A stretch of DNA of 64,000 nt. It comes from Psilocybe cubensis (taxonomy: Eukaryota). The position numbers and the translations under genes were made by a program. Below the pieces are notes generated by a model, which saw only the letters and a list, made by a program, of their open reading frames with translations, had not been told where the DNA came from and ran no database searches. The stretch is taken from NCBI GenBank assembly GCA_017499595.2, contig CM039009.1, forward strand, positions 992,001-1,056,000, read 5' to 3'. This document shows positions 13,225 through 26,600 of this stretch, one piece after another. How positions within the stretch are numbered: the first letter of the stretch is position 1; each line of letters opens with the position of its first letter.

Positions 13225-14589
13225 AACGATGTCGTCAGATGTTGTCGTGGAGAGAATCGAATTTAAGGGTGGCCGTGTGCCCTGGCAGTACAGTTCTGGT
13301 CTTTAAGGTTCACTGAGAGCCCTGAAATGCAGTGGAAGCTGGTGTTATATGTACAGAGAATCAGATTGTGGGGTTGGTCTTCAGCAAGAAAGCATGGTAT
13401 ACATGTGTTGAAAGTAAACTAACAAGTGTAACTTTCATTATGAGCGGGCAACCGACACCGGAAGTCCTCCGAGGAGCCCATCAGGCTCCGTCACGTATTG
13501 AAATTAAATTTAGAACATCCAGAATCATGTCAGTTCACACGGTGAGCTGCGGAAAAGTCCCGCATCCGAACGATTGCTAAAGACGAAAAGAGGCACAGCG
13601 CTGGGGCAAGTTGCTAGTCACGATACTGTCAATAATATTCTCCAGTCGAATTTCAAGAAAGTTGGTGTTAATACCGATGAGGTGCTTGTGTTAATGTCCG
13701 ACGGTATGTTCTGCGGCTACAAACAGAAATCATTTTGCTTGCATCGTGGCCCAGCGCTCTGAACCTCGAGGCTTGGATATTAATTGCTCTACTTACCTTG
13801 ATGTTCCTTCCGTCTTATGGGCTAATTTTATTTACGCTAAAAATAGGGTAATTACTTATATGAAATTGCAAATTTTCATATCTTGAGACTGTTTTAGCAG
13901 GCGATTGTCATGGTCTGCTTTGTTCAATTTCAATCATGAGCTTCAGTGCTTCCTCTGAGTTCTAACCACGTTTTATACCCAGGGAATTAGCAATTGTGGT
14001 ATCGGCCTTTCAGTAATAACGCATACGTCACTTCCACCAGGCTTCTCCCACAAACGATCCGAGGCGTTTGTTAACGCTGGATCCAATTATTCTGCATCCT
14101 AGAGACTGGAGACCAAAAAAGTATGAAATGTCAATGAGCAGACTCTTTTAGAACCCAAAAATGTGGAAGAGCTCTTCAGGGTCTTCAAAAGAAATTATTC
14201 CTATGGCATGAACATGATCTTTCGGACGGCGGTAGTGCTGATATAATGGGCGCCTAATCTCAGGATGTGACTGTGTATCGAAGCGAAATCAATATTGCCT
14301 TACATACCCTTACATGTTATCAGGTTCTCATAGTGAGATATAATCTCAAATGACACTCGTGGGGGTTTCAGTAAGGATCCAGGGTGTGATAGCCACTTAT
14401 AGGTGTGTGGTAAGTATGGCAATGTAAGTAAATAGCAATGAAGAAACGATTGATCAATATGTGTACATATAATTGCTGCATCTGCAATTTTTTTTGTTGG
14501 AACCCTTGTATTGTATAGTACAAATGATGAATAGATAGCAAAGCAGTCCATGCACGTAGAGTAATGTAGAGTACTGAGGGTCAGGATGT

Positions 14590-16252
14590 CTATGTGTGTC
14601 GTGTGTGTCGTCTAATTACCCAAGAGTCTCCTGGAGGCATGTCTAAGGCTTGGTTAACGATACAGGAGTGCCGTCGAGCGATTATTGTATCGGTGGGTGT
14701 GACTTGCTCTCTTAGGTCCAGAATTCTGTGAAAGATGCGTCATCGTCAGTAAAAATCAAATCACACGGATCGGGAGGATGGAACTAACAGCCTGCATGCC
14801 TATATCACAAGCGTCAGGTTAAGAAATACCCTGATGACTAAATATAAACATACCACGACATTTGAAACGATAAGAATCACAGGTAGTCCTATGCCGGTGT
14901 GATAACTTGGTGGACTATCGGGTGTATAATAAGATTGCGTCCCCTATTTCACATAAGAATGCCATGTCCTACCGAAAATATGTAATAGCAGTCGCTATGT
15001 TGATGACCGTTACAAATGCAAAGGCGGTAAGACCTGTAATGCATTAGCCATCGTCATCGAGCAATAAATGCAGGAAGAATGATACCTTGGCTAACGAAGT
15101 AGCGGGCTAGCGACACATCTCGTTCCCATTTTGATTTTACGCAGTGCTAACAAATCCAAATAGTTGGGTCCCGGGATTAGAGCTTTGCAAAAGGTATGAA
15201 GAATATGCTCTTACCACCACTACGACAACCAGAGAAAGCAGGTCCATGAGAATAGCGGCTAACTGTTGTCATTTTCAACTTCAAGACACAGTGGCATGAA
15301 AACCTGAGGCATACCATCGAGTACTACAGGGAGATGCGGTCAGATGAAATGTCACTACCTAAGAATACAACAAAATTGCAGGCTTACACCGATGCGAAGG
15401 CCCATGAATCCAGCACCGTAGTTAGGGAAACACCCAGTTCCATTCAGAACCACATATAAAAGAGGGGGAGGAATCTCAACCCTGGTGCAGAACACCCATA
15501 TGTCGATACCGACCAAGGAAATATACGCTGTTCCTAGCAGAACTAAGACTCGTCTATCCCTCCCTGTAAACGCATATGCACGCATCAGCATCACTGCTGC
15601 ACAACCCCGCCGTCAATCCAGGAAGTTAGCAAGACAACCCCGAACCGAATAAGATGACAGAGACCCACCTTGTGAGAAGCATTGCTGTCATCCGCGAAGA
15701 AAAGGAACAGCATGATATGGTGATAAGCGACGTGAAACCAATGATAAGAGAGCTAGGTATTTGTGCTCACTCACACATGGAGCTAGAATTGCGTGAACAG
15801 CATGCGCAACATGATCGCACGTCTGCGCACTGTGGTCCCCGACGTACGCCCACATTATAACGATCCACAGTGCGAGGGGATAGTACCGGCAGAGCAAGTA
15901 GAGTAACTTCAGGCTCGCCCATGGCGCTCTATGTATCTGTTTGTGGAAGTACCGAAAAGATGTAGACGTCAGACGACAAGCCCGGTGCCCGATGCAATCA
16001 AGGAAGCGTACCAATCTGACTTCCTGCCGAATGCTTTAGTCACACAACCACAGAGCGCAGGCAAAGACACCAATTAGTAGTTGATTTTAACATTATAGTT
16101 TATCTCGTCTGAGCAGACACGTACTTTGCTATCCATTCGTATATCTGCAAGCAGAACATGGCCACAATTGCATAGCGTCCCTCCAGAATGCTCCATTTTG
16201 CAGAATATAGCTCCTCCAAGCCGTATTTTGAGAAATCCACCACCTGCGACAT
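14590..16252 (-). CDS. DUF6533-type multi-pass membrane protein (paralogue A)
   Basis: YAIVAMFCLQIYEWIA..QEVRLIHRAPWASLKLLYLLCRYYPL; MRAYAFTGR; C-terminal ACRL/ILDLREQVTPT; multiple TM segments; canonical splice sites. Confidence 0.82.
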
Positions 16253-17509
16253 CCTTATTGAACGCGGCTTCAATTGCCAGGACACAGAAGATGAATCAAG
16301 ATCAAGGATTGAGAAGCGACGCGTCTGGCAGCAGCTGAACGTTCACCACACCATCGAGGAAACCGTAGAGGAGATAGCGGAGAATGAACGTAGGAAAGAG
16401 GGGGAGATAAAGCTCAAGGGCTAACGAGCGAACAAGATGAGGTGGAGGAGAAAAGGAAAACCTTAACGCTGACACTTCGTGAAGGTGTATCATTCAAGAG
16501 TGCCTCTGAATCATAAGCTGCCAAACAATATGCCAAGGTGTGTTGCCTGCCGTTTGTATTACTATTACTAGTATTGGGTCAAATTAAAAAAAAATGGTCA
16601 CAGAACAGAATATCTCCATGGAACACTTACGCCACACCAGATGTCAGAGTCCGGCCGGGTACTCTGTTGACTATGCCGGGACAAGATAAATTATCATCGA
16701 GGCTTTGATAACTCTCTCGTTACAGTCGAAGGTAAACGTTGAAGCTTGAAGTTCAACAAGTTGGTGGAGTGGGTCTATTGCATGCACTAATTTCTAAGAG
16801 CAGAAGATTGAAGACCTGAGGCCTGAGGCTTTTGCCAATAGCCGTACGCGTAAATGCCTGAAACTTGTCATATGTGATGAATTTCATAGTACGTACGATG
16901 GGAAAATAACAAGCTTATAAAATTCGCAAATTGGTGGGGCCCGTGGACGGGCGGTCTAGACCTCTTTCAACATGTCAAGCTGTAGTAGATGTTTAATTGA
17001 TAAACCGCGATATCACCTAAAATAATGATATATTGCCCGAATTCCGTCAAGGGAACTCGAGGGCAGGGATCACACATATCAATTAAACCTGATGGAATGG
17101 TCAATATCATCCACTCGGTTGAGCTATAGCGTACTTGTGGCAGGGCGTCGTTGGAATGCGAGGCTCGGATAAAGGAAACCAAAAACAGAAGAGCGTTCCA
17201 GGAAAAACAGGAAAGAGAGATATCACAGGATCCTTACTCTCTATGAAACGTTTGTCCAGGAGAGATGCATTGAACGACAGGGAAAGAAAGGGTCTACACT
17301 GCCTTTTGTGAAGCAAATCGTCATCGATGATGTTAGTCGGCGACTGACATTAGCATTTAGGCGGCAGTGGGTACTATATTATACATGACAAGGATGAAAA
17401 TAGGCGTTTCTAGAAACACAACAGTTCAAGATACATACGCCAATCAGGTGTAAAACATACAACACGGGTAATCAAAACCAAAAAGTTCCTTCAAGGATCA
17501 AGGTACTTC

Positions 17510-19063
17510 TTAGCTCTTTGCCACAGCGTAGGACCAACCCCGACGGGCTGAAGATGGTCCCTCCTGGCGTCGATAGTGTGACCCGTTGTGATAGTCTGGC
17601 GTTGCAGAGATGGGACCAGGTGCTATGCTATCGTGGCGGGAAGAATCCTGAGACGCAGCAACAGACATTTCTGGAGGTGAAGGAATAAGCATGCCAGATT
17701 CCGGTCTTTCAAAAGAAAACAGGTCAATTGAAATTCAAATTGATAACAAAGATGTAGGCATCAAGGTACACACCCAAGCATTCGTCGTAATAATAGGTCC
17801 AACGCTCCTTCCTTCTCCTCCTTCTCCCTTTTCAAGATATTTTTGGCTTCACGGAGTTGTTCGACCAATTTTTCGTGCTCCTCCATGGCAAACCGCTGTT
17901 TGGCTTTCATACAAAGGTACATTGCTTTGGCAGGCGTCCGGCCTAATACAAGACCCGTTGATTCGTCGAAGTGCTCCTGAAGATGTGGCGGTAGGATGTC
18001 TTCGGAAGACGATGAGTCCTCGTCTTCTTCCTCGCCACCTTCGGGTGAGGGAGCATATTGTGAATTGAGCTGAGATGGACGCGGCTGACGGCGCTGACGG
18101 CCATTGACGCCTAATCTACCCCGTGATTTAAGGTATTCTTGAGTCAGTTCATTACCGGCGTCATCGATGGCCTCTGATGGGGTACGAGGTTCAACCTGTA
18201 AAAGAACTTCAGCACTAGACCCCAGGAAACAGAATAAACAAACGCAACTGGTGTTGAAGTACCGTGAGTGTGCTCATCATCTGGACCCCGTTTCCTCTTG
18301 CGAGAACCTCCTCTTCCTGGTGCAGGGGGTGATATATTGTGTTGTAAGCGCATGTGTTTGGCAAGGGCATCTGAACGCGTGAATGACTTGTCACATTCTA
18401 CATTTGGCGGGAGTTAGACGTCCGAGATTCACAGCAGAGGCGTGTACCATACCAGGTAATTCGCATATGAATGGTTTTTCGCCAGTATGCGAACGTATAT
18501 GTGATATCAGTGCGAAACGAGATGTTTGTGGCAACCCCTTGCGCACACATGACGTCCACTCGCATGTATAATTGGATTTGTGCACACCAATATGCTCTAA
18601 GTTTCAACATCATCAGATTGCACAGAAGATTGAAAAATAATGCGAGATTTAGAAAGAAAAAGAAAGCAAGTTCGCGGGAGAAAGAGATGACCATGTATTG
18701 ATACCATTTCGGTCAAGAAGATATGTGCGCCAAATCTTTCGACAACTCACTTTCGTGTATATGCGTAATCAACGTTGGCAAGTGTACAAAAACCACCCCG
18801 CAATCATCCCACAGACACGTAACGCTGTCCTCTGTGTCCACAGCCATTTCAACATCGTTGGCGTGCGCTCGCTGCGACGGAGACCCAGGACGCGACGCCG
18901 ATGGCCCTAGTGAGTCTTCGTCGTGCACTTCGCTGTACTTCGGTTGGTCTTCTGTTTCCGACGAATCCGAAGTTGAAATGGAAGGCGATGGGCGGCTCGC
19001 AAGGGCGGGCGGCGGGTCGGGATGTGGCTGCGCATTCTTGACCCGTCGTTGACCCTTGGGCAT
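17510..19063 (-). CDS. iec1: GLI-like C2H2 zinc-finger protein, probable INO80 complex subunit Iec1 homologue
   Basis: Three fingers: CLWDDC..HIHEEH, CEWTSC..HIRSH-TGEKPF, CELPECDKSFTRSDALAKHMRLQH. Downstream coiled coil MKAKQRFAMEEHEKLVEQL..KEGALDLLL. The C2H2 call is strong; orthology is inferred from architecture. Confidence 0.75.
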
Positions 19064-20949
19064 GGTACAAGAGGTACAATAAGTTAGAGATAAAAGGGCG
19101 AGAGTTTAGGAAAGAAGTCGAGCAGTGTGAAAAGGCTAGCGTCACCAAGGAAGAGGCCTGCCATTCAAAGTGTTCCAATTGCGGACTCTCCGACAAATCA
19201 TGCCTGCTGTTGTGGCACAGTTCTATATTTGGTTTTGTTGCTCATTCACCCTGGTTTTCCCACCCAAGTCGCCCCGTCGTCCGTCGCGACTTTTTTCAGT
19301 CCGGCCACCACAGAGCACTGCGCCTTCGTCTCCGGTGACAATGGATGCTCAATCTTTGACTTGGAATAAAGTCGACGATTTGCACGGTTTATCCCATCGC
19401 TCTTGGTGTCACCCAATTGGTTTCTTCTGAAAGCAAGCAATTTTCTTTCTTCCGTCTATCAGAAGCTTCTCTGGAGTCTAGGACTGTGGGGTCGAGATGG
19501 ATATATCGCACATACCATCCAGGCCTGTGCAAGTCGGCCTCGAAGACGTGTACAATGGCCATCAACCTAGTGAAAGAACAACAAAGGTCCGTTCATCATA
19601 TGACTAATGTCTGCGCGTTCTTTGAGCGTGTAGTCTCTTTAGCGTCTCTCCGTCGTCCAACTTGAATGCAGCGCATATATCCACTCCAGTACTTCTTTTC
19701 TCTGGTGATTACACAAATCACCCTGATAAACTAGGTATATATAATAATGGATTGTGATCAGCGGCATCATTTCAAGGAAAAGACCTTGGCCTGCTACCCC
19801 AAGTCTCTTGGATTATTTGATATCTGGCGTTGCAGCAGCTGGTGTTATGTACTCCTTCCAATTTCACAAACACTCAGACAGACAACCCGACAAGCGCATG
19901 ATAAGTTTATGTGAGTGTGAGCTATGGTAAACCTAATGTTTATAGGTCATGATACCTTTTCAAATTCGGGCCTGCATCCGTGGCTAAGGTGAACTGGACC
20001 GCGTCACTACATCACGGCCAACGGACTTGTGGACCTTCTTTCTCATCATTCGCTTAGACTGGGGTAATAATTGCGCCCTCAGGGCATTGTAGCGTAGACC
20101 AGCATACATTCAACTTGGTATGTCTTTGGGTTCCAGTCATCAAGGAGACCTCAGACTACCATTTCGGTAGGTGCAATACATCCTCTCTGTTCAGCGTAGG
20201 TGTGTCATTTTTAACAAGCTCTAGTCACATCGTTGAATGATATCTGACGACTTTACATCCGACAAATAGACAAGTTCTTAAGCGTTGCACTCTCGAATCA
20301 AACCAGCAACCAAACCAACGGCTGGGCTGATGTTCAGGTCGTTTTTGTACTCTTAAGTTTACAACAGGTGTCAAGAACCTAATTTGCGGGCCTGGAAGGT
20401 GAATCAAATCACCTGTGCAGACCACCTGCAATCATTCCATGGAATCCAGTAACGGCGAACTCGTGGCCTAATTACTCCTAATTGGCCCAAATGATAGGCG
20501 TGCTCTATCGGGGAATGGTAACATGATCGAAAGATGCAATTGTGGACAGACGATATGTTGATAACGCTTGCCGAGTACGTCATCTCGTAAGGCGAGAGGG
20601 TCCGAACTTGTGTATAGAGTGGCGCATATTATCTCGCTGCACTAGCTCCCTCGAAGCAGACAAAGCCGTGAAACATCGGGCCGTGTCTCACTGTCTATGT
20701 ATACGAACTGAAGAACAGGAAACTACTGAAGGATGGGGAACAGCCAACATGTTGTGGGTTCATTGAATATCATTATCAACGTTCGCACCTTAGAAACTGA
20801 CGGATTTCTACAAGGAGACCATCGGAAAATTAAGCCATACGCATTTGTTTCTTTCGGTGGGGAACATTAACTGAACCTCACTCTCGCTGTCAAGCTTAAT
20901 TCGTTTCATCTCGTAAGTGCTTACAACTCTAAAATATTTCTGGAAAATA

Positions 20950-23600
20950 GGGACGGAGGAGCTTGTCTTTGCATTTGCTCCATGATGGGAGTCTCGGATG
21001 CGAAGGGAACGTTACCATAAACACAAAACTGCTGACCTGGACCTTAGAATTCTGCGTCGGGACGCGGTTCCTTTTGGATGTTTCTGCTCACCTGTATGGA
21101 AACACCTCTCACTGCCAATCTTATGCACGTCCAAAGTTGAGAGTGCGAAATTTCTCCATGCCAACTACAACACTGACTACACGAATAATTCTGAAGTTGA
21201 ATTTGAATGTATCTTTACTACCGAGATGCTCATTGCTTTTATTCAGCATCTTGAGAAAAGATATTCGCGTGGACAAGCCTACTTGTCAAAAAATACAGAT
21301 ACGACATGCAGGACGCATTCAAATTCGTACGGGTGGTGCTACCGGTTGTAACTGGTAAGTGCTCTCGCTAATCAAATTATCAAACGGTCGTGATAAATAT
21401 CTCACCAGTAACAATCATTACATAGTTATGGATATTGCGAATTCATAACACCATCCTTCTGAAGTCTGCCAGCAAAGACGGAGAGATGAATATCATCGTC
21501 TGTCGTTCAACGGCTGCTTTTTGGGAAGCCGCAAGTAATGCTCTTATTCAATTTACGGCAGAATACTACCAGCAGCAAAGTCCGCTCTGAGGTTTCGAGA
21601 GAGTTTTGGCTTTCAAAGTGCAGTGCTTGGGGCTGTAATTGCATCCCTTGTCGGACAAAAACCACACTTTCGAAGTCGGATTTTCATGGTGGCAATCGAG
21701 CCTCTCGAGGAACGGAGGCATGCATGCAAATTATACCGTAACACGGCGAAGGATCGACCCACTGAGATATGGTACTGTCAAAATCTTGTTTGACATTGAA
21801 TTTGACGCTGCTCAATGCTAATCTTTGTGTAGTAATAAACTCGGTGATTGTGTGGACATGATGCTGCAGGATCGACACAATCTATCCAAAATATCTCGAC
21901 CCAGTAAGTTCCTATACCCATTGCTCCATGAGAAAGAAGGGCTGGCTGTGCATGTGGGAGAAATCCAGCGGCCTTTCTTTGTCAAAATACAGACTAGAAT
22001 CTTGCCAGCAATTAGAACCGTCTACGAATGGGGCACCTCAAAATTCCCATTTCCGTATGACGCCCCCCTCTCCTCCACTAAGTATATAATAACATGCACA
22101 CAATACTGTAACAATCCGGAGCTGATTCAACGTGGCGAAAGAAGTTGCAGGGAGAAGTAGTTTCTCAATAGCCAATTCACTTGGAACGCAGATCCGGGAC
22201 GAGCTGGGAGGACTTGCACAGAACCGATTGCGACCGTATGGGCTGATTTGGGCTTGGTTCAAAGCCCAGCCCAGCAACATTGACTTGGGTAACATCCGTG
22301 CAGCGAACCGGTTCTTCCAGGTGGTCGACCGGTCCACGAACCTTGCAGCGGATCAATTTACCCCTTGCCGCCATACGGCACTGTATTTGTCCGATATTTG
22401 GCTCTGTTGTATGCGGATAGAGTTGTTCCTCGGGGAGTGGGGATTGACCCCGAGGCCCGTGCGCCTCTGTGCAGCACCCTCATATGTACACGACATCGCA
22501 TCGGATGCCATTCCTCCGTGCTCCAATAGACACAACGGTCAGCCACAGAAAACCATCTCCGAGTTATCTAGAACGGGTTCCATTCTCTGTCCAACTCGTG
22601 TTCCTTGGAAAGGGTTTGCGGCTTCTGCCTGTCAGCCTCTTGTGCGGTTCCGGGATAACACTATGGAAGAAATGCGACTCTCGCGGAAAGACAGCGCCTT
22701 TGCATGTCTTCGGAGGGACGGTTCTGGACGGTTGTCTTTGTCATTATTTCAATGTGCAAAGGGCCAAGAACATCCGCGCTACGTCGGGAAATAATGCTCG
22801 CTGATGCTCATTTAGCAACTTTGGGAATCCGCGGCAAGACCTGCATGTCCTGGTTAAAGCCAGAACCTTGTCGGCCACCCTCGTAGGCCACTTTCTGAAG
22901 ACTGGAGTCTGGGTGCTCATAACTCTACATGTGATCTGGTCACCCTTTCCTTGGCACGTTCCTGAGTCTGGAGACTTACATACAGCACAGAGTCAGACAG
23001 AGTGCTGCTAACAGCAAACAGGAATGCGTAAACTTTGGTGCATTGATTGACCGTCTTCGTGAAACGACGGGTAAGAGGGCCATGATGGTTGACATCTTCT
23101 TTATGGAGGCAGACTACGCACTCGATCTGAAAGGCGACAAATCATCCCAGCTTAGTTCCTCTACGTCTGCGGAATACAATTTTGCGCGTGAAACTGTCTT
23201 TAATTCCATTCTCAAGGAACATTGGGGTTGATGAGTATTGACGCTGATAAATGCCGACGCTGATTGGATGCGCATGTTGGACTGTTAATTGTTTAGCCTT
23301 CCCAAGCGTTAGCCAGATTTGCTTCCGCAGAACGGTTTACTAGACATTTTGGACTCGTTCCGGAATGGGATGACTGGTTTGAAAGCGGAACCAAGCTCAC
23401 ATTCCCTGGCTCAACCACTTCCGTAAGTTTCCGCAATGTAATGTGCCTTGCCATATTTAATATCTGGTATAGTTTCAGGTAAGTTTGATAAAGTCTATTG
23501 AAAAGCTGAAGACTATTCTTGACTTGGCTGGCTGGCGCCCAGGTCCCTTGGTCAGGAAACCTTAACTGTATATCCTTGCCTATCAGGGCCTATACAGTAG
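20950..23600 (+). pseudogene. Decayed or hypothetical multi-exon gene
   Basis: Collinear plus-strand ORF fragments (20998-21351, 21825-22160, 22132-22794, 23043-23231) with splice-like signals, an in-frame TGA just upstream of 20998 and frame changes. Family not recognised; boundaries approximate. Confidence 0.3.
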
Positions 23601-26600
23601 CCTCTCAATTAATCCAGAATCCATACTGCTGACTACTTCTGATGGGCCATGATCGCTCATCTATTATCCGATTATTAGAGGTTGATCTATTGAAGGACAG
23701 CAATTGTCTTTTCATCCCATCAGCCATTTCGAGGGTCGTGTCTTTGATTTAAATTACGTTCTCCCCTCATTGCATGCGACATTGAGTCCGATCCGAGTCC
23801 ACGTTGGGCTTTTTATATCGGCGAATTTCAATGTCGGACCTTGTACTCTCAAATTCGCTGTAATAAGTTTCGAGAAGGGCCGCCAAAATTCTTTTTATAG
23901 CGCTGTACTCGTGATCACTTTGAGCAGTTCTCGATAATGCAGATAAAGGTAGACATCTACCAGATTCAAGAACATTTAAATGTTGTCCCAGGACTCAACT
24001 CTCCCAAGCACGACGACAGTATGACGCAACTCAGCTATCTATATTCTCAATACTCCCAAGCAAGTATTTTGATGACATTTCGATAAAGTGTTATCAGGGA
24101 CGCTTTCTGATTTTATCTTTCAGCAGATATACATATTTTTCTATGAATCCTGAAATTTTGTTACAAGGAAAGACCATCTCACTACATTAAATAGCCTATA
24201 ACACAACATAGTCAATACCAAATGATGGCCGCACCAACACCTCTCTTACCTGGCACGCCCCCTTCTTTGACTTCTCTTTCTCAGCTCGCTGTGATTCAAT
24301 GTACCGTAAAAGATAAAATTTTCTCACCTCATCAATATCTTAGAAATAACTCTGACATAGCGATGTAAATCGTCGGTATCTAAACCATCGCCGTGTGTCC
24401 ATATACGTGCTGTCAATATCTTGCAGGTTGAACATAGGTCTTGGGCGTCGAATCCACTGTGTGTACACCCTCTGTAGCGCTGGGATCTACCGATAGATAC
24501 GGAGAAATGGTCATTCTCTCTCCCTCCTTTTGGCAGCTCTTGAGCAGCCGTCTCCCACCCTGAACCCCGTTCTATGCATTGGATGTGAGATGTGCAGGAG
24601 GCCATCCCCACGCACATCCACAAAAGCGATAGATTTAAACTCCCCCTCCGAATAATTTCCTGACGAGCCATTGATTTGGAATGTGTTTCCACGTCTGAGT
24701 TGGGCTAGTACACTCATGAATGAATTTCTCCTTCTTTGCACGTATTGGGGAGTCGACGTGATAAAGTAGGCATAGCCAAAATGATGGTACCATGGTTCTA
24801 AAGGTTCCTGAGAGCCATATACAGAAAGCAATGTCTTTTCGTAAAAGAAACATGGTCATGCTAGTGGAAGCTTTGGCACGAGGGCTGGTTAGATTTATAC
24901 GTCATCGTCTAGTATGTGGTTCTAATCGTTTTGATTTATTCTTAGGTCTTTCAAATGACCCAGGGTCCCAAGCCAGCTCGGTTTGATATTCCCATGGACC
25001 TTGCTGGTGACCTTCAGAAATCAAAGAAGAAGAGGGCCCGAGGTGTTATCGCGCTCAGTGCCGCTCTATATGGACAAATATATCAGAAACACTCAAATTG
25101 AGAAGTAATACGTGGGTATAGTCCCCAACAGAAGCAAACTCGAGCGATGCTCTCGCTCAGGAAATCCCAAGGGGAGGAAGAAGAGTGCTGGACGTGATTC
25201 CTGAGGGACATGGGAGAAAGCCTGGATGATTGATTGATACAGCTTGGCTCTAAATTAATCCCATGGGTTATCAATAGGCGGCACGAGGTCCATTGAATCC
25301 TCAAGCATCGTCCATGGTGGCTTACAGATGCCTAGCCATTTAGGAGTCCAGAACTGAAATCATGTAACGATAGGAATGAGATCAGCAACTGACCAGATGG
25401 CAAAATAATCAAATTGATATTTAAATTAAGCGCTCGTGGATTGCTGGATAATCAAGGGAAGACAATGATTGTGCAACGAAGTAAATATTTCGTTTCGATA
25501 GGCGTTGTATATTAGATAAACACAATAAGTTTATTTGTGATGAAGCTGTGAGGCAGAGACCAGTTGAACGACTTGCATATACACTGATCATGCAGTGTAC
25601 AAAACATTCGAACCGGCAGGAATCCACCGCAACTTTAAAAACACTCAACACGAACTTTACTGTCGAGATCGACAGTTTTCATTCCCCAACAAAGAACACG
25701 AGGAAGCAAGACAGATCAAAAATCATGCTTGCACCCTCCTACGAGCCTCCTCGTAAAAATATACAAGTTTAGAGTCAGTGAAAGCAAAAATAAAGTCGGC
25801 GAATCGGATGTCGGATGTTTGAAGCTCACTCACATACCTTGATGGGGCATCTTCTTTCCACATTTGAACACTGAACAGCATACATGCTCTACCTGATTGA
25901 AGACAGCTGAAAACACTCATGAGAATAGAAAGCACGCCACCATGACCACAATATCGCATCAGATACTTCAGATGTATTGTTCAATCTAAACGTGGCTTTT
26001 AACCAGAATTTCATTGTATTATTTCTATCCATGGGACTTCCCTTGTGCCATAGTAATAATTCTAAGAAATCGAGACTTGTATGTTGTTGTCTGTAGGTTA
26101 AACATATCTTGTCATACTTCCGGTTTTTCCTCCTCACAGGTTCTTACAAACGGTGCAAATAGACTTAATGCTACTAGAGGTCCAATTATGAAAAACGATA
26201 GAAAGCAATTCTAAGTACATATAATGATGATCATTAACACTCTCGGAAGTCTCGGCGTCAGTTTTAGCCGGGCGCTTGTTGGCACAATTTCAAACGCTGG
26301 ATGCACAGTTTTGGACTGAAAGATTGATAGATACTAACGGCCGTGATCTGATAACTCTGACCGCCGGCAATAAACAGAATAGAGCATGTGCACCGGTATG
26401 TTCTCAAGATATGTTTATCCGAAATTGTTCTACCCAATGCTGTATCCTCTAGGTAATTTAGGAAGAATTTGGTTCACATTCTCTTCACGCTTGTGATGAG
26501 AACCGACATATTAACCTCGATGGGAACGGTTTCAACTGACAATGAACTTGGCGTTACAGGTAGCAGTGAATACGGGTGCACTTGGTGTTATAACAGCCTT

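Noticed and set aside
23229-23268. TGATGA..CTGA box C/D-like motifs
   Set aside because: Too short for a snoRNA; more likely intron branch-site sequence.
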